Shown here piece after piece: positions 14,428 through 22,966 of a DNA stretch of 30,087 nt. Numbering within the stretch: position 1 is the first letter of the stretch; the number at the start of each line of letters is the position of its first letter. The position numbers and the translations under genes were made by a program. Below the pieces are notes generated by a model, which ran no database searches, had not been told where the DNA came from, and saw only the letters and a program-made list of their open reading frames with translations. The stretch lies in assembly GCA_039811505.1 (NCBI GenBank), contig JBDHYS010000001.1:1-30087 (forward strand), read 5' to 3'. The DNA is from Paludibacteraceae bacterium (GTDB taxonomy: Bacteria; Bacteroidota; Bacteroidia; Bacteroidales; Paludibacteraceae).

Positions 14428-17190
14428 ATGAAAAACAGATACAAGAAAATTCTATTCCTACCATTTATACTGCTTTTGCTCCTTTCTTGTAACAATGGAA
14501 CAAAGATAGATTATGTCGTTGGTGTATCACAATGCAGCGATGACGAATGGAGGCAAGTTCAAAATCAAGGAATGTTACGTGAAACTGCTTTTTATCCCAA
14601 TCTGAAATTGGATATCAAAACAGTAAAAGATGATAGTAAAAAGCAGATTCACGATATTCGCACATTTATTGACCAAAAAGTAGATTTGCTTATTATTTCT
14701 CCAAATGAAGCAGAGGTTTTGACACCCATTGTGGAAGAAGCATACGATAAAGGGATTCCGGTAATTTTAATTGAAAGAAAAACAACAAGTGATAAATATA
14801 CAGCATTTGTGGGTGCAGATAATTTGGAAGTGGGACGCACTGCCGGAGCGTACATTGTGGACTTGTTGAAAGGAAAAGGCAATGTAATTGAAATTCGGGG
14901 ATTAAAGGGCTCTACATCAGATGCAGGTCGTCATCAGGGATTTATAGAAGAAATCAAGAAATTTCCCAATATAAAAGTTGTGGGAGAATATGCAACCGAA
15001 TGGTATCGTCAAGATGCAGAACGGATAATGAATAGTTTCCCTTCCGACAAATATCCCGATGTGGATTTGGTTTTTGCAATGAGCGATCGAATGGCATTGG
15101 GAGCTTACAATGTGGTCTCAAAAAAGGAAGGGAAAAAACCTGTTATTATTGGAATTGATGCACTTCCCGGCGACAACAATGGAATTACCAACATTATCAA
15201 AGGAAAAATTACGGCTTCGATTATTTATCCAACCGGTGGTGATAGAATTATTCAGACTGCAATGGGTATTTTAGAAGGACGTCCGTATCAGAAAGAAAAT
15301 ATCCTTTCCACTTTTTTTGTAGATCAAAGTAACGCTCGTGTTATCAATATGCAAAATGAGCAGTTGATAGAACATCAAGCCAAACTGAAACGTATGAATG
15401 AGATGCTCAATCACAGTGTCGAGCTTTATTCCAATCAGCAAATAATGTTTTACGGAACGATTCTTATTTTAATATTAATCAGCATAACTTTATTGGTCTC
15501 TTTTTTTGCATATCGTTCTAAAAATAAAGCAAACAAACTACTCGAAAAACAAAATAGAGAAATTAAACATCAAGCGGAAGAATTGGCAATCCAAAAAGAA
15601 CAATTAATCAAATTATCAATGGATTTAGAGGAAGCAACGCAAGAAAAACTCATATTCTTCACAAATATTTCTCACGAATTAAAAACACCTTTATCGCTTG
15701 TTTTAGGTCCGATTGAAACGCTTGCCGATTCTCCTAATTTAATGAAAGAACAGTATGATTTATTGAATTTAAGTATTCGGAACAGCGAGCGTTTACTCCG
15801 ACTTATCAATGAAATTATTGAATTTCGTACTTTCGATAACAATAAAATGGTCGGTTATTTTTCGGAAGCGGATATGAAGCAATTCATTGAAGATTTAAAT
15901 ATTGTGTTCATCGATTATGCGAAACAGAAACGGGTGAGATTTTCTTTTTCTTCGGAAAAATCTGAATTTAAGATGTTTTTCGACAAGGAGAAAATGGAAA
16001 AAATCTATTATAATTTACTATCCAATGCTTTTAAGTTTGTGAACAATGAGGGCAATATTAATGTGTCCTTAACAGAAAAAGAGATTGATGGTACAAAACA
16101 TGCTCATTTGAGTGTGTTTAACAGTGGAAGTTCCATTCCCAAAGAAGAAATTAACAATATTTTCAATCGTTTTTATAAAGTAAATCCACACGATACGGGA
16201 ACGGGAATTGGACTTGCATTAACCAATGCACTGATAAAAGTTCATGGAGGAAATATTTCTGTAGAAAGTTCAGAAGAATCTGGAACCACTTTTAGTGTTT
16301 TTCTCCCTATTCATCAAGAAAATATTGTTGAAAAGAAAGAACAAGACGTAGCATTTTATAAAAATTACACTCAAAGTCGCATTCTTCTTGAAGAACAACA
16401 AAATGAATCTCATCTATCAGAAGATGTTCCACTTGACGATAATAAACCTTTGGTGCTTGTGATTGAGGATAATGCAGATATGCGGCGTTATTTGGATTTT
16501 ATCTTAAAAGATGATTACAACGTGATTGAGGAAAAAGATGGAGAAAAAGGGATAAAAAGTGCAATAAAATACATTCCGGATGTGATTATCAGCGATGTGA
16601 TGATGCCCGTAAAAGATGGTTTCGAGCTTTGTCAAACATTGAAATCGCATTTTACGACAAGTCATATTCCGATTATTTTGCTGACGGCAAACTCACTTGA
16701 CGAACAAAAAGCCATTGGATTTGAAAGCGGTGCTGATGCGTATATTCCGAAACCTTTCAATGCCGAATTGTTTAAAATTCGCTTGCGGAAATTGATTGAA
16801 AACCGTGAAAAAATTAAAAAAGCCTTTGCAGGAAGTTTAATTGATGAATCAAAAAAAACAAGTCTTGGTGAATTAGACCAGCATTTTATAGATAAATTCT
16901 CTAAAATCATCGAGAAAAACATCTCGAAATCGGAATTGTCTGTGGATGAAGTGGCAAAAGAAATGGGTATATCAAGAGTTCAATTATATCGGAAAGTGAA
17001 ATCCATAACCAATTCATCACCAAATGAATTAATCAGAATTATCCGATTGAAACAAGCAAAATTGCTTTTAGCCACAAACACCAAAACTATTTCAGAAATA
17101 GCATACGAAACGGGCTTTTCTTCTCCGTCCTATTTTTCTAAATGCTTTAAAGAACTTTTCAATGAAAATCCGACAGATTATTTGAAGTAA
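14428..17190 (+). CDS. Hybrid two-component sensor/regulator with a periplasmic sugar-binding (RbsB-like) sensor domain, BT1754-like
   Basis: PBP domain (GVSQCSDDEWR, GADNLEVG, GIDALPG), a TM helix, HisKA (FFTNISHELKTPL), HATPase (NLLSNAFKF, GTGIGLAL), receiver (IEDN, SDVMMP) and AraC HTH (GFSSPSYFSKCFK). Confidence 0.95.
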   Translation: MKNRYKKILFLPFILLLLLSCNNGTKIDYVVGVSQCSDDEWRQVQNQGMLRETAFYPNLKLDIKTVKDDSKKQIHDIRTFIDQKVDLLIISPNEAEVLTPIVEEAYDKGIPVILIERKTTSDKYTAFVGADNLEVGRTAGAYIVDLLKGKGNVIEIRGLKGSTSDAGRHQGFIEEIKKFPNIKVVGEYATEWYRQDAERIMNSFPSDKYPDVDLVFAMSDRMALGAYNVVSKKEGKKPVIIGIDALPGDNNGITNIIKGKITASIIYPTGGDRIIQTAMGILEGRPYQKENILSTFFVDQSNARVINMQNEQLIEHQAKLKRMNEMLNHSVELYSNQQIMFYGTILILILISITLLVSFFAYRSKNKANKLLEKQNREIKHQAEELAIQKEQLIKLSMDLEEATQEKLIFFTNISHELKTPLSLVLGPIETLADSPNLMKEQYDLLNLSIRNSERLLRLINEIIEFRTFDNNKMVGYFSEADMKQFIEDLNIVFIDYAKQKRVRFSFSSEKSEFKMFFDKEKMEKIYYNLLSNAFKFVNNEGNINVSLTEKEIDGTKHAHLSVFNSGSSIPKEEINNIFNRFYKVNPHDTGTGIGLALTNALIKVHGGNISVESSEESGTTFSVFLPIHQENIVEKKEQDVAFYKNYTQSRILLEEQQNESHLSEDVPLDDNKPLVLVIEDNADMRRYLDFILKDDYNVIEEKDGEKGIKSAIKYIPDVIISDVMMPVKDGFELCQTLKSHFTTSHIPIILLTANSLDEQKAIGFESGADAYIPKPFNAELFKIRLRKLIENREKIKKAFAGSLIDESKKTSLGELDQHFIDKFSKIIEKNISKSELSVDEVAKEMGISRVQLYRKVKSITNSSPNELIRIIRLKQAKLLLATNTKTISEIAYETGFSSPSYFSKCFKELFNENPTDYLK

Positions 17191-17211
17191 ATTTTCACTT
17201 AAAACATTCTA

Positions 17212-18453
17212 TCACTTTTCCACCATTTTATACACTTTGTCGTTTCTTCTCACAATTTTTTTGGTTTTGATTGAAAAAAGTGATCCTTTTTTAACTTCCT
17301 GAACAGGTGTAAGTTCATCGCGTAATTCTTCCACTACGTCTTCGTATGCTCCGGTTGTTTCGCCAGTAATAAGAATTTCATCGCCCACTTTTAAGTTTTG
17401 GGCTTCAAGTAAAATTTCTGCCACACCTATTTTTCCAAAATAGTTGGTAACTTTTCCAACATACATTTTACGGTGTGTTGCCTCCGAACCGTAATTTTGC
17501 GACCATTCACCCAATCGTTGTCCTAAATAATAACCATCCCAAAATCCGCGATTAAAAACCCGTGCCAATCTTTTATCCCAATCTGAGATTTTTTCAGCTG
17601 AAAATGTATTGTTTAAAACCGATTCGGCAGCTTCTTTATAACAAGAAACAACTGTTTTTACATATTCAGGACCGCGTGCTCTTCCTTCAATTTTGAAAAC
17701 ACGGATTCCTGCATCCAACATTTTATCCATAAAATGAATGGTTTTCAAATCTTTTGGCGACATAATGTATTCGTTGTCAATTTCGAGTTCAATCTCACTG
17801 TCTTTATCTTTTACAATATATCCTCTTCGACAAATTTGATTGCATTCTCCGCGATTTGCAGAAAGATTTTTTTCATGCAAACTAAGGTAACATTTTCCCG
17901 AAACAGCCATACACAAAGCTCCGTGACAAAACATTTCAATTTGAATTAATTCTCCATTCTTCCCTTTTATCTGCTCCTTTTCAATGGTTTCATAAATCTC
18001 TTTTACCTGCTCCATATTTAATTCGCGAGCCAAAACAACCACATCGGCAAATTGTGCGTAAAACCGCAACGATTCAACGTTTGTGATATTGAGTTGCGTA
18101 GAAAGATGAACTTCCACACCAACGCTATTTGCATACATCAATACAGAAACATCAGAAGCAATAATGGCAGAAACGTTCACCTCTTTTGCCGTATCAATAA
18201 TTTCTTTCATCAATGAAATATCATTGTCGTAAATGATTGTATTTACTGTCAAATAGCTCTTAACGTTATTTTCTTTACATATCTGAACAATTTTTCTTAA
18301 ATCATCTGTATCGAAATTGCTGCTCGATTTACTTCGCATATTTAATCTGCCTATTCCGAAATAGACCGAATCGGCTCCCGCTTGTATTGCTGCTGCTAAG
18401 CTTTCCCACGAACCTGCCGGTGCCATTATTTCTATATCATCACGCTTTATCAT
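17212..18453 (-). CDS. U32-family protein (PrtC/TrhP-like; probably an Fe-S-dependent hydroxylation factor rather than a protease)
   Basis: EIMAPAG, GADSVYFG, HGALCMAVSGKCYLS, NRGECNQICR and FKIEGR; the conserved Cys cluster is present, plus a C-terminal beta-domain. Confidence 0.9.
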   Translation of the reverse strand: MIKRDDIEIMAPAGSWESLAAAIQAGADSVYFGIGRLNMRSKSSSNFDTDDLRKIVQICKENNVKSYLTVNTIIYDNDISLMKEIIDTAKEVNVSAIIASDVSVLMYANSVGVEVHLSTQLNITNVESLRFYAQFADVVVLARELNMEQVKEIYETIEKEQIKGKNGELIQIEMFCHGALCMAVSGKCYLSLHEKNLSANRGECNQICRRGYIVKDKDSEIELEIDNEYIMSPKDLKTIHFMDKMLDAGIRVFKIEGRARGPEYVKTVVSCYKEAAESVLNNTFSAEKISDWDKRLARVFNRGFWDGYYLGQRLGEWSQNYGSEATHRKMYVGKVTNYFGKIGVAEILLEAQNLKVGDEILITGETTGAYEDVVEELRDELTPVQEVKKGSLFSIKTKKIVRRNDKVYKMVEK

Positions 18454-18543
18454 ATAACTTTTTCTTTGTTGGATTGTTTGTAAGTAGTTGGAATGTGCTG
18501 AAAAATGACTTTACGTTAATTTTCAAGAGCATCCATTTTTTAT

Positions 18544-18559
18544 TAATTTTGCAAAATTA
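18544..18559. promoter_or_regulatory. Perfect 16-bp palindrome TAATTTTGCAAAATTA = overlapping divergent sigma-A -7 elements for dusB (+) and the U32 gene (-)
   Basis: Each strand reads TAATTTTGC, matching TAnnTTTG, and it lies between two divergent start codons (18453 and 18625). Confidence 0.65.
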
Positions 18560-18624
18560 CAAAATTTGAAGGTAATGGCAAGTTGCTGCTGTTTCTTCTC
18601 CTTTTTTTGAAAACGATATTGAAT

Positions 18625-19596
18625 ATGAATATAGCCCATATAAAATTTCCCGAAAAACCGCTATTTCTTGCTCCGATGGAAGATGTTACCGACCAAGCTT
18701 TTCGCCTTTTGTGTAAAAAATTTGGTGCTGATATGGTTTATACGGAGTTTGTTTCTGCCGATGCTTTGATACGAAATGTGAAACGGACAGAACAAAAAAT
18801 CACGCTACACGAAGAAGAACGCCCTGTAGCGATTCAATTATACGGAAGAGATGCAGATGCATTAGCCGAAGCTGCAAAAATTGCCGAAGAAGCAAATCCC
18901 GATATGATTGATTTGAATTTCGGTTGTCCGGTAAAGCGAGTTGCAGGAAAAGGTGCCGGATCAGGATTGATGAAAGAGGTGCCGAAAATGTTGGAAATCA
19001 CAACTGCCGTAGTAAAAGCAACACGAAAACCGGTAACAGTAAAAACCCGTTTAGGTTGGGATGAAAACAGCAAAATAATTGTGGAATTAGCAGAGCAATT
19101 GCAAGATTGCGGTATTGAAGCGTTGACAATTCACGGTCGTACCCGTTCACAAATGTACAAGGGCGAAGCGGATTGGACACTTATTGGAGATGTGAAAAAT
19201 AATCCACGAATGAAAATCCCCATTATCGGAAACGGCGATATCACAACACCCGAAAAAGCAAAAGAATATTTTGATAGATATGGAGTTGATGCCGTTATGG
19301 TGGGACGTGGAAGCATCGGACGACCTTGGATCTTCTCCGAAATACGTCATTTTATCGAAAAAGGAGAACATATTCAACCTTTTAGTTTTGAAGAACAAAC
19401 ATCTATTCTAAAACAACAAGTCCTCGATTCAATTAATTGGTTAGACGAACGAAGAGGGATCCTTCATTCTCGCAGACATTTGGCATCAAGTCCCACTTTC
19501 AAAGGAATTGCCAATTTCAAAGAAACCAGAATAGCAATGTTACGAGCCACAACAAAAGATGAATTATTTTCAATCATTGATTCTATTGAACTATAA
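18625..19596 (+). CDS. dusB: tRNA-dihydrouridine synthase DusB
   Basis: LAPMEDVTD, YTEFV, IDLNFGCPVK, VTVKTRLGW, TIHGRTR, IIGNGDI and VMVGRG. Start moved from the TTG at 18583 to the ATG at 18625 (MNIAHIKF), which lies downstream of the promoter motif and fits the family N-terminus. Confidence 0.93.
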   Translation: MNIAHIKFPEKPLFLAPMEDVTDQAFRLLCKKFGADMVYTEFVSADALIRNVKRTEQKITLHEEERPVAIQLYGRDADALAEAAKIAEEANPDMIDLNFGCPVKRVAGKGAGSGLMKEVPKMLEITTAVVKATRKPVTVKTRLGWDENSKIIVELAEQLQDCGIEALTIHGRTRSQMYKGEADWTLIGDVKNNPRMKIPIIGNGDITTPEKAKEYFDRYGVDAVMVGRGSIGRPWIFSEIRHFIEKGEHIQPFSFEEQTSILKQQVLDSINWLDERRGILHSRRHLASSPTFKGIANFKETRIAMLRATTKDELFSIIDSIEL

Positions 19597-19606
19597 AATT
19601 TTAAAT

Positions 19607-19614
19607 TAACTTTG
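19607..19614 (+). promoter_or_regulatory. Sigma-A -7 element (TAACTTTG) upstream of the M13 peptidase
   Basis: Exact TAnnTTTG match 37 nt before the ATG at 19652. Confidence 0.55.
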
Positions 19615-19651
19615 TGGGGCTATTTAAAAAACAAACTAAATTTATAGAGGT

Positions 19652-21700
19652 ATGTTACATTTTAAAACAGCTTTCATAGCAGGGAGCGTCATAATTGTGA
19701 GTTTATTGATAACAACAAGTTGTGCAAACAACAAAGCAGCAGAACAAAACGCAGGCATTCGTTCCGAAAATCTGGACACAACAGCCATTGCAGGCGATGA
19801 TTTTTATCAGTTTGCAACAGGAGGTTGGCAAAAGTTAAATCCCATTAGCGATGAATATTCTCGCTTTGGTAGTTTTGATAAATTGGCAGAAGATAATCGC
19901 GAACAGTTAAAAGCGTTGATTTTGGAAATTGCCAATAAAACACACAAAAAAGGGACAATCGAGCAAAAAATTGCCGACCTTTTCAATTTGGCAATGGACA
20001 GTGTCAAATTAAATAAAGAAAAAACAGCACCGATAAAAGAGGATTTGGAAAAAATCAATAATTTGAAAGATAAACAAATGATTGTTTCCTATCTCCCAGA
20101 AATGATGATGCAAGGAATTTCTCCTTATTTTCAATTGTATGTTGATGCAGATCCGATGAGCAGCAACGATTATTTACTTCAAACGTATCAAGGCGGAATT
20201 GGACTTGGACAACGGGATTATTACATTGAAAACGATGAAAATAGTAAAAACGTTCGTGAAAAATATAGCGAATTTATTGCCAAAATGTTTGAAAAAATTG
20301 GAAATTCAAAAGAAGAATCGAACAAAAAACGGGACGATGTTATTCGCATTGAAACCCGCTTGGCAAAAGCATCTTATGATAATGTAAAACTACGTGATCC
20401 TCATGCAAATTACAATAAAATGTCAGTTGAAGAATTGACGAAATTAGTTACGGGTGTGGATTGGAAACAATTCTTTGAAGGATTTAAATTAACCCAACTT
20501 TCAGAAATTTCCATTTCGCAAAAAGAACAATTAATTGAAGTGGGAAAAATTTTAAATTCCGAACCGATTGATGCTCAAAAATCATATTTGGAGTGGAATG
20601 TTCTCAATCATGCCGCCTCATTTTTAAGCGATGAAATTAATGAATTGAATTTTGATTTTTACGGAAAAATTCTTTCCGGAAAACAAGCACAACAACCACG
20701 GTGGAAACGTGCAGTAAGTGCAGTTGATGGTTCTTTGGGAGAAGCAGTAGGACAAATGTATGTGCAAAAATATTTCCCATCGGAGGCAAAAGAAAGAATG
20801 GTGGAGCTGGTGAAAAATCTTCAAAATGCTCTAAGTGAAAGAATCCAAAAGTTGGAATGGATGGGCGACAGCACTAAAATAAAAGCACAAGAAAAACTAA
20901 ATACTTTTCACGTGAAAATTGGTTATCCCGACAAATGGAAAGATTATTCTTCGCTTGATGTGAAAAATGATAGTTATTGGGCAAATATCAAACGTGCAAA
21001 TCGTTTTGAAAGCGAATTGATGTTTAATAAAATTGGAAAAGCGGTGGATAAAGATGAATGGTTGATGACACCACAAACCGTCAATGCGTATTATAATCCG
21101 AGCACAAACGAAATCTGTTTTCCTGCTGGAATTTTGCAATATCCATTTTTTGATATGAATGCCGATGATGCGTTTAATTACGGAGCGATTGGAGTGGTTA
21201 TTGGACACGAAATGACACACGGATTTGATGATCAAGGACGTCAATTTGATAAAAACGGAAATTTAAAAGATTGGTGGACAAAATCGGATGCAGAAAAGTT
21301 TGAAGTGCGTGCAGATAAATTGGTTGCATATTATGGAAACATCGAAGTTGCACCGAGTGTGTTTGCGAATGGGAAATTTACTTTGGGAGAAAACATCGCC
21401 GATCAAGGTGGATTACAAGTTTCTTATCAAGCGTTTGAGAAAATCATGAAAGAGAAATCTTTACCAGTGAAAGAAGGATTCACTCCCGAACAACGTTTTT
21501 TTATTGCGTATGCTAATGTTTGGGCAGGAAATATCCGCGATGAAGAAATTCTAAAACGCACCAAAACCGATCCTCATTCTTTAGGAAAATGGCGTGTAAA
21601 TGCAGCTTTGCCACACATTGATGCTTGGTACAAAGCATTTCACATCACACAAGAAAATAGTTTGTATATTGCACCGGAAGAGAGAGCTGTTGTTTGGTAA
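19652..21700 (+). CDS. pepO: M13-family zinc metallopeptidase (PepO/neprilysin-like), lipoprotein
   Basis: SPII signal (ITTSC|AN); DDFYQFATGGW, VNAYYNP, zinc motif GHEMTHGFDDQG, GENIAD and DPHS...RVN. Confidence 0.93.
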   Translation: MLHFKTAFIAGSVIIVSLLITTSCANNKAAEQNAGIRSENLDTTAIAGDDFYQFATGGWQKLNPISDEYSRFGSFDKLAEDNREQLKALILEIANKTHKKGTIEQKIADLFNLAMDSVKLNKEKTAPIKEDLEKINNLKDKQMIVSYLPEMMMQGISPYFQLYVDADPMSSNDYLLQTYQGGIGLGQRDYYIENDENSKNVREKYSEFIAKMFEKIGNSKEESNKKRDDVIRIETRLAKASYDNVKLRDPHANYNKMSVEELTKLVTGVDWKQFFEGFKLTQLSEISISQKEQLIEVGKILNSEPIDAQKSYLEWNVLNHAASFLSDEINELNFDFYGKILSGKQAQQPRWKRAVSAVDGSLGEAVGQMYVQKYFPSEAKERMVELVKNLQNALSERIQKLEWMGDSTKIKAQEKLNTFHVKIGYPDKWKDYSSLDVKNDSYWANIKRANRFESELMFNKIGKAVDKDEWLMTPQTVNAYYNPSTNEICFPAGILQYPFFDMNADDAFNYGAIGVVIGHEMTHGFDDQGRQFDKNGNLKDWWTKSDAEKFEVRADKLVAYYGNIEVAPSVFANGKFTLGENIADQGGLQVSYQAFEKIMKEKSLPVKEGFTPEQRFFIAYANVWAGNIRDEEILKRTKTDPHSLGKWRVNAALPHIDAWYKAFHITQENSLYIAPEERAVVW

Positions 21701-21718
21701 AACACGAAAATTTATAAC

Positions 21719-21764
21719 AAAAAAGATTGCTTCGATAGGATTTTTCCCTGAGCAATCTTTTTTT
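21719..21764. terminator. Bidirectional intrinsic terminator between the convergent pepO and radical SAM genes
   Basis: AAAAAAGATTGCT (21719-21731) ... AGCAATCTTTTTT (21751-21763), with A and T runs on either side. Confidence 0.85.
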
Positions 21765-21776
21765 GTTTTTTTGAAA

Positions 21777-22790
21777 TTACCTTTCTGTGCAATTTCGGCA
21801 TATTTCAAATTGCTTCCGATTTTTCAAAATTTGCTCACGAAATTTGTATGCTTTGTCGCTATGCCAACCGTTCATCAGTGAATCTTCGGTTGTATCTCCC
21901 AATTTGAATTTACTGTCTTTGTCAAAACAACAGGGCAATAATTCTCCTTTTGAATTGACAACTGTTCCCATCCAAAGCCGTTTACAACTGTTTTTTAGAG
22001 GTGATTTGATATGGTATTTTCCATCTTCTTTCAGTTCGTATCGTGCATATTTTTTTTTGTTGGTCAAAAGTGGATTTCCATTTTCAAAATCGTATAATTG
22101 TGCCGATTTAAAAGTCAATTTATCTGCTTTCAGCTCTTTTTTCATCTTTTTCATATCGTCCATTTCGTGTTCGTTGGTTTTAAGCACAAGAAATTGAATT
22201 TCAACGATTGGCAAATGAGATTTTAGCTCTTTTTTCCATTTTACAAGCAGTTCGATTGCTTTTTTCGCTTTTTCCAATTTTCCACCTATACGATAAGTTT
22301 GATACGTTTCTTGCGTTGCTCCATCAATGGAAATAATAATCCTATCCAATCCCGATTCTACGATGGCACGAGCGGTTTCATCGTTGATTAACTGTGCATT
22401 GGTGGATGTGGTAGATAAAATATTCCTTTCGTGCGCCAAACGAACCAATTGAGGAAAAAGCTTATTCAAAAGCGGTTCTCCTTGAAAATAAAAAATAACA
22501 TGTGTGAGTTTGTTCTTAAGTTCATTGAGAATTTTTTCTGTATTTTCTAAAGTAGAATTGATTGTTTTTACAGGAATTGTTCGCGTTCCAACCGGACATT
22601 CAGGGCAATCCAAATTGCAAACATTGGTCGGCTCAATGGAAATAAACGAAGGAAAAGTTCTCCATTTTGTCAAAATTCCCAAACGAGAAAGTTGATAAGA
22701 TGTGTGCAATCTAATTAGGTTCCATATTTTGGAAGGGACAAAAGCCGTTTTAAATATTCGGACTATATAAAAAAATAAATTGAAATTCAT
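21777..22790 (-). CDS. Radical SAM protein with SPASM/Twitch domain, function unknown
   Basis: CxxxCxxC motif (EPTNVCNLDCPEC), FQGEPLL and ISIDG; C-terminal CKRLW...GELLPCCFD...ICRNC (four Cys, i.e. a single auxiliary cluster). Confidence 0.92.
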   Translation of the reverse strand: MNFNLFFYIVRIFKTAFVPSKIWNLIRLHTSYQLSRLGILTKWRTFPSFISIEPTNVCNLDCPECPVGTRTIPVKTINSTLENTEKILNELKNKLTHVIFYFQGEPLLNKLFPQLVRLAHERNILSTTSTNAQLINDETARAIVESGLDRIIISIDGATQETYQTYRIGGKLEKAKKAIELLVKWKKELKSHLPIVEIQFLVLKTNEHEMDDMKKMKKELKADKLTFKSAQLYDFENGNPLLTNKKKYARYELKEDGKYHIKSPLKNSCKRLWMGTVVNSKGELLPCCFDKDSKFKLGDTTEDSLMNGWHSDKAYKFREQILKNRKQFEICRNCTER

Positions 22791-22899
22791 AATAAAAACT
22801 AAATTGTACTCAAAATTTTATATTTGAGCAATGTTAATCGTTAATAATTGTTTTGAGTGAAATAAAAATAGCAAAAATCCATTATTTACATAGATAAAC

Positions 22900-22921
22900 C
22901 AAAGATAAATTGGTACTTTTG
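22900..22921. promoter_or_regulatory. Back-to-back sigma-A -7 elements: TATCTTTG on - (22907..22900, radical SAM gene) and TACTTTTG on + (22914..22921, TPR gene)
   Basis: Two exact TAnnTTTG matches, each oriented towards one of the divergent genes. Confidence 0.55.
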
Positions 22922-22966
22922 CAAAAGAATAAAAACATTTTCAAAAATACAAAAAAAATAAACGGT

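Noticed and set aside
17212-18453. Annotation as a collagenase/protease
   Set aside because: This is a legacy U32 label; the conserved Cys cluster, lack of a signal peptide and dusB linkage fit an Fe-S hydroxylation role better.
18583-18624. Extended TTG start for dusB (likewise TTG 22910 for the TPR gene and GTG 24929 for the aminotransferase)
   Set aside because: Downstream ATGs give family-typical N-termini or a proper lipoprotein signal; the TTG at 22910 overlaps the promoter motif itself.
19652-22790. M13 peptidase plus radical SAM/SPASM as a RiPP cluster
   Set aside because: The genes are convergent, separately promoted and split by a terminator; there is no precursor peptide, RRE domain or exporter.
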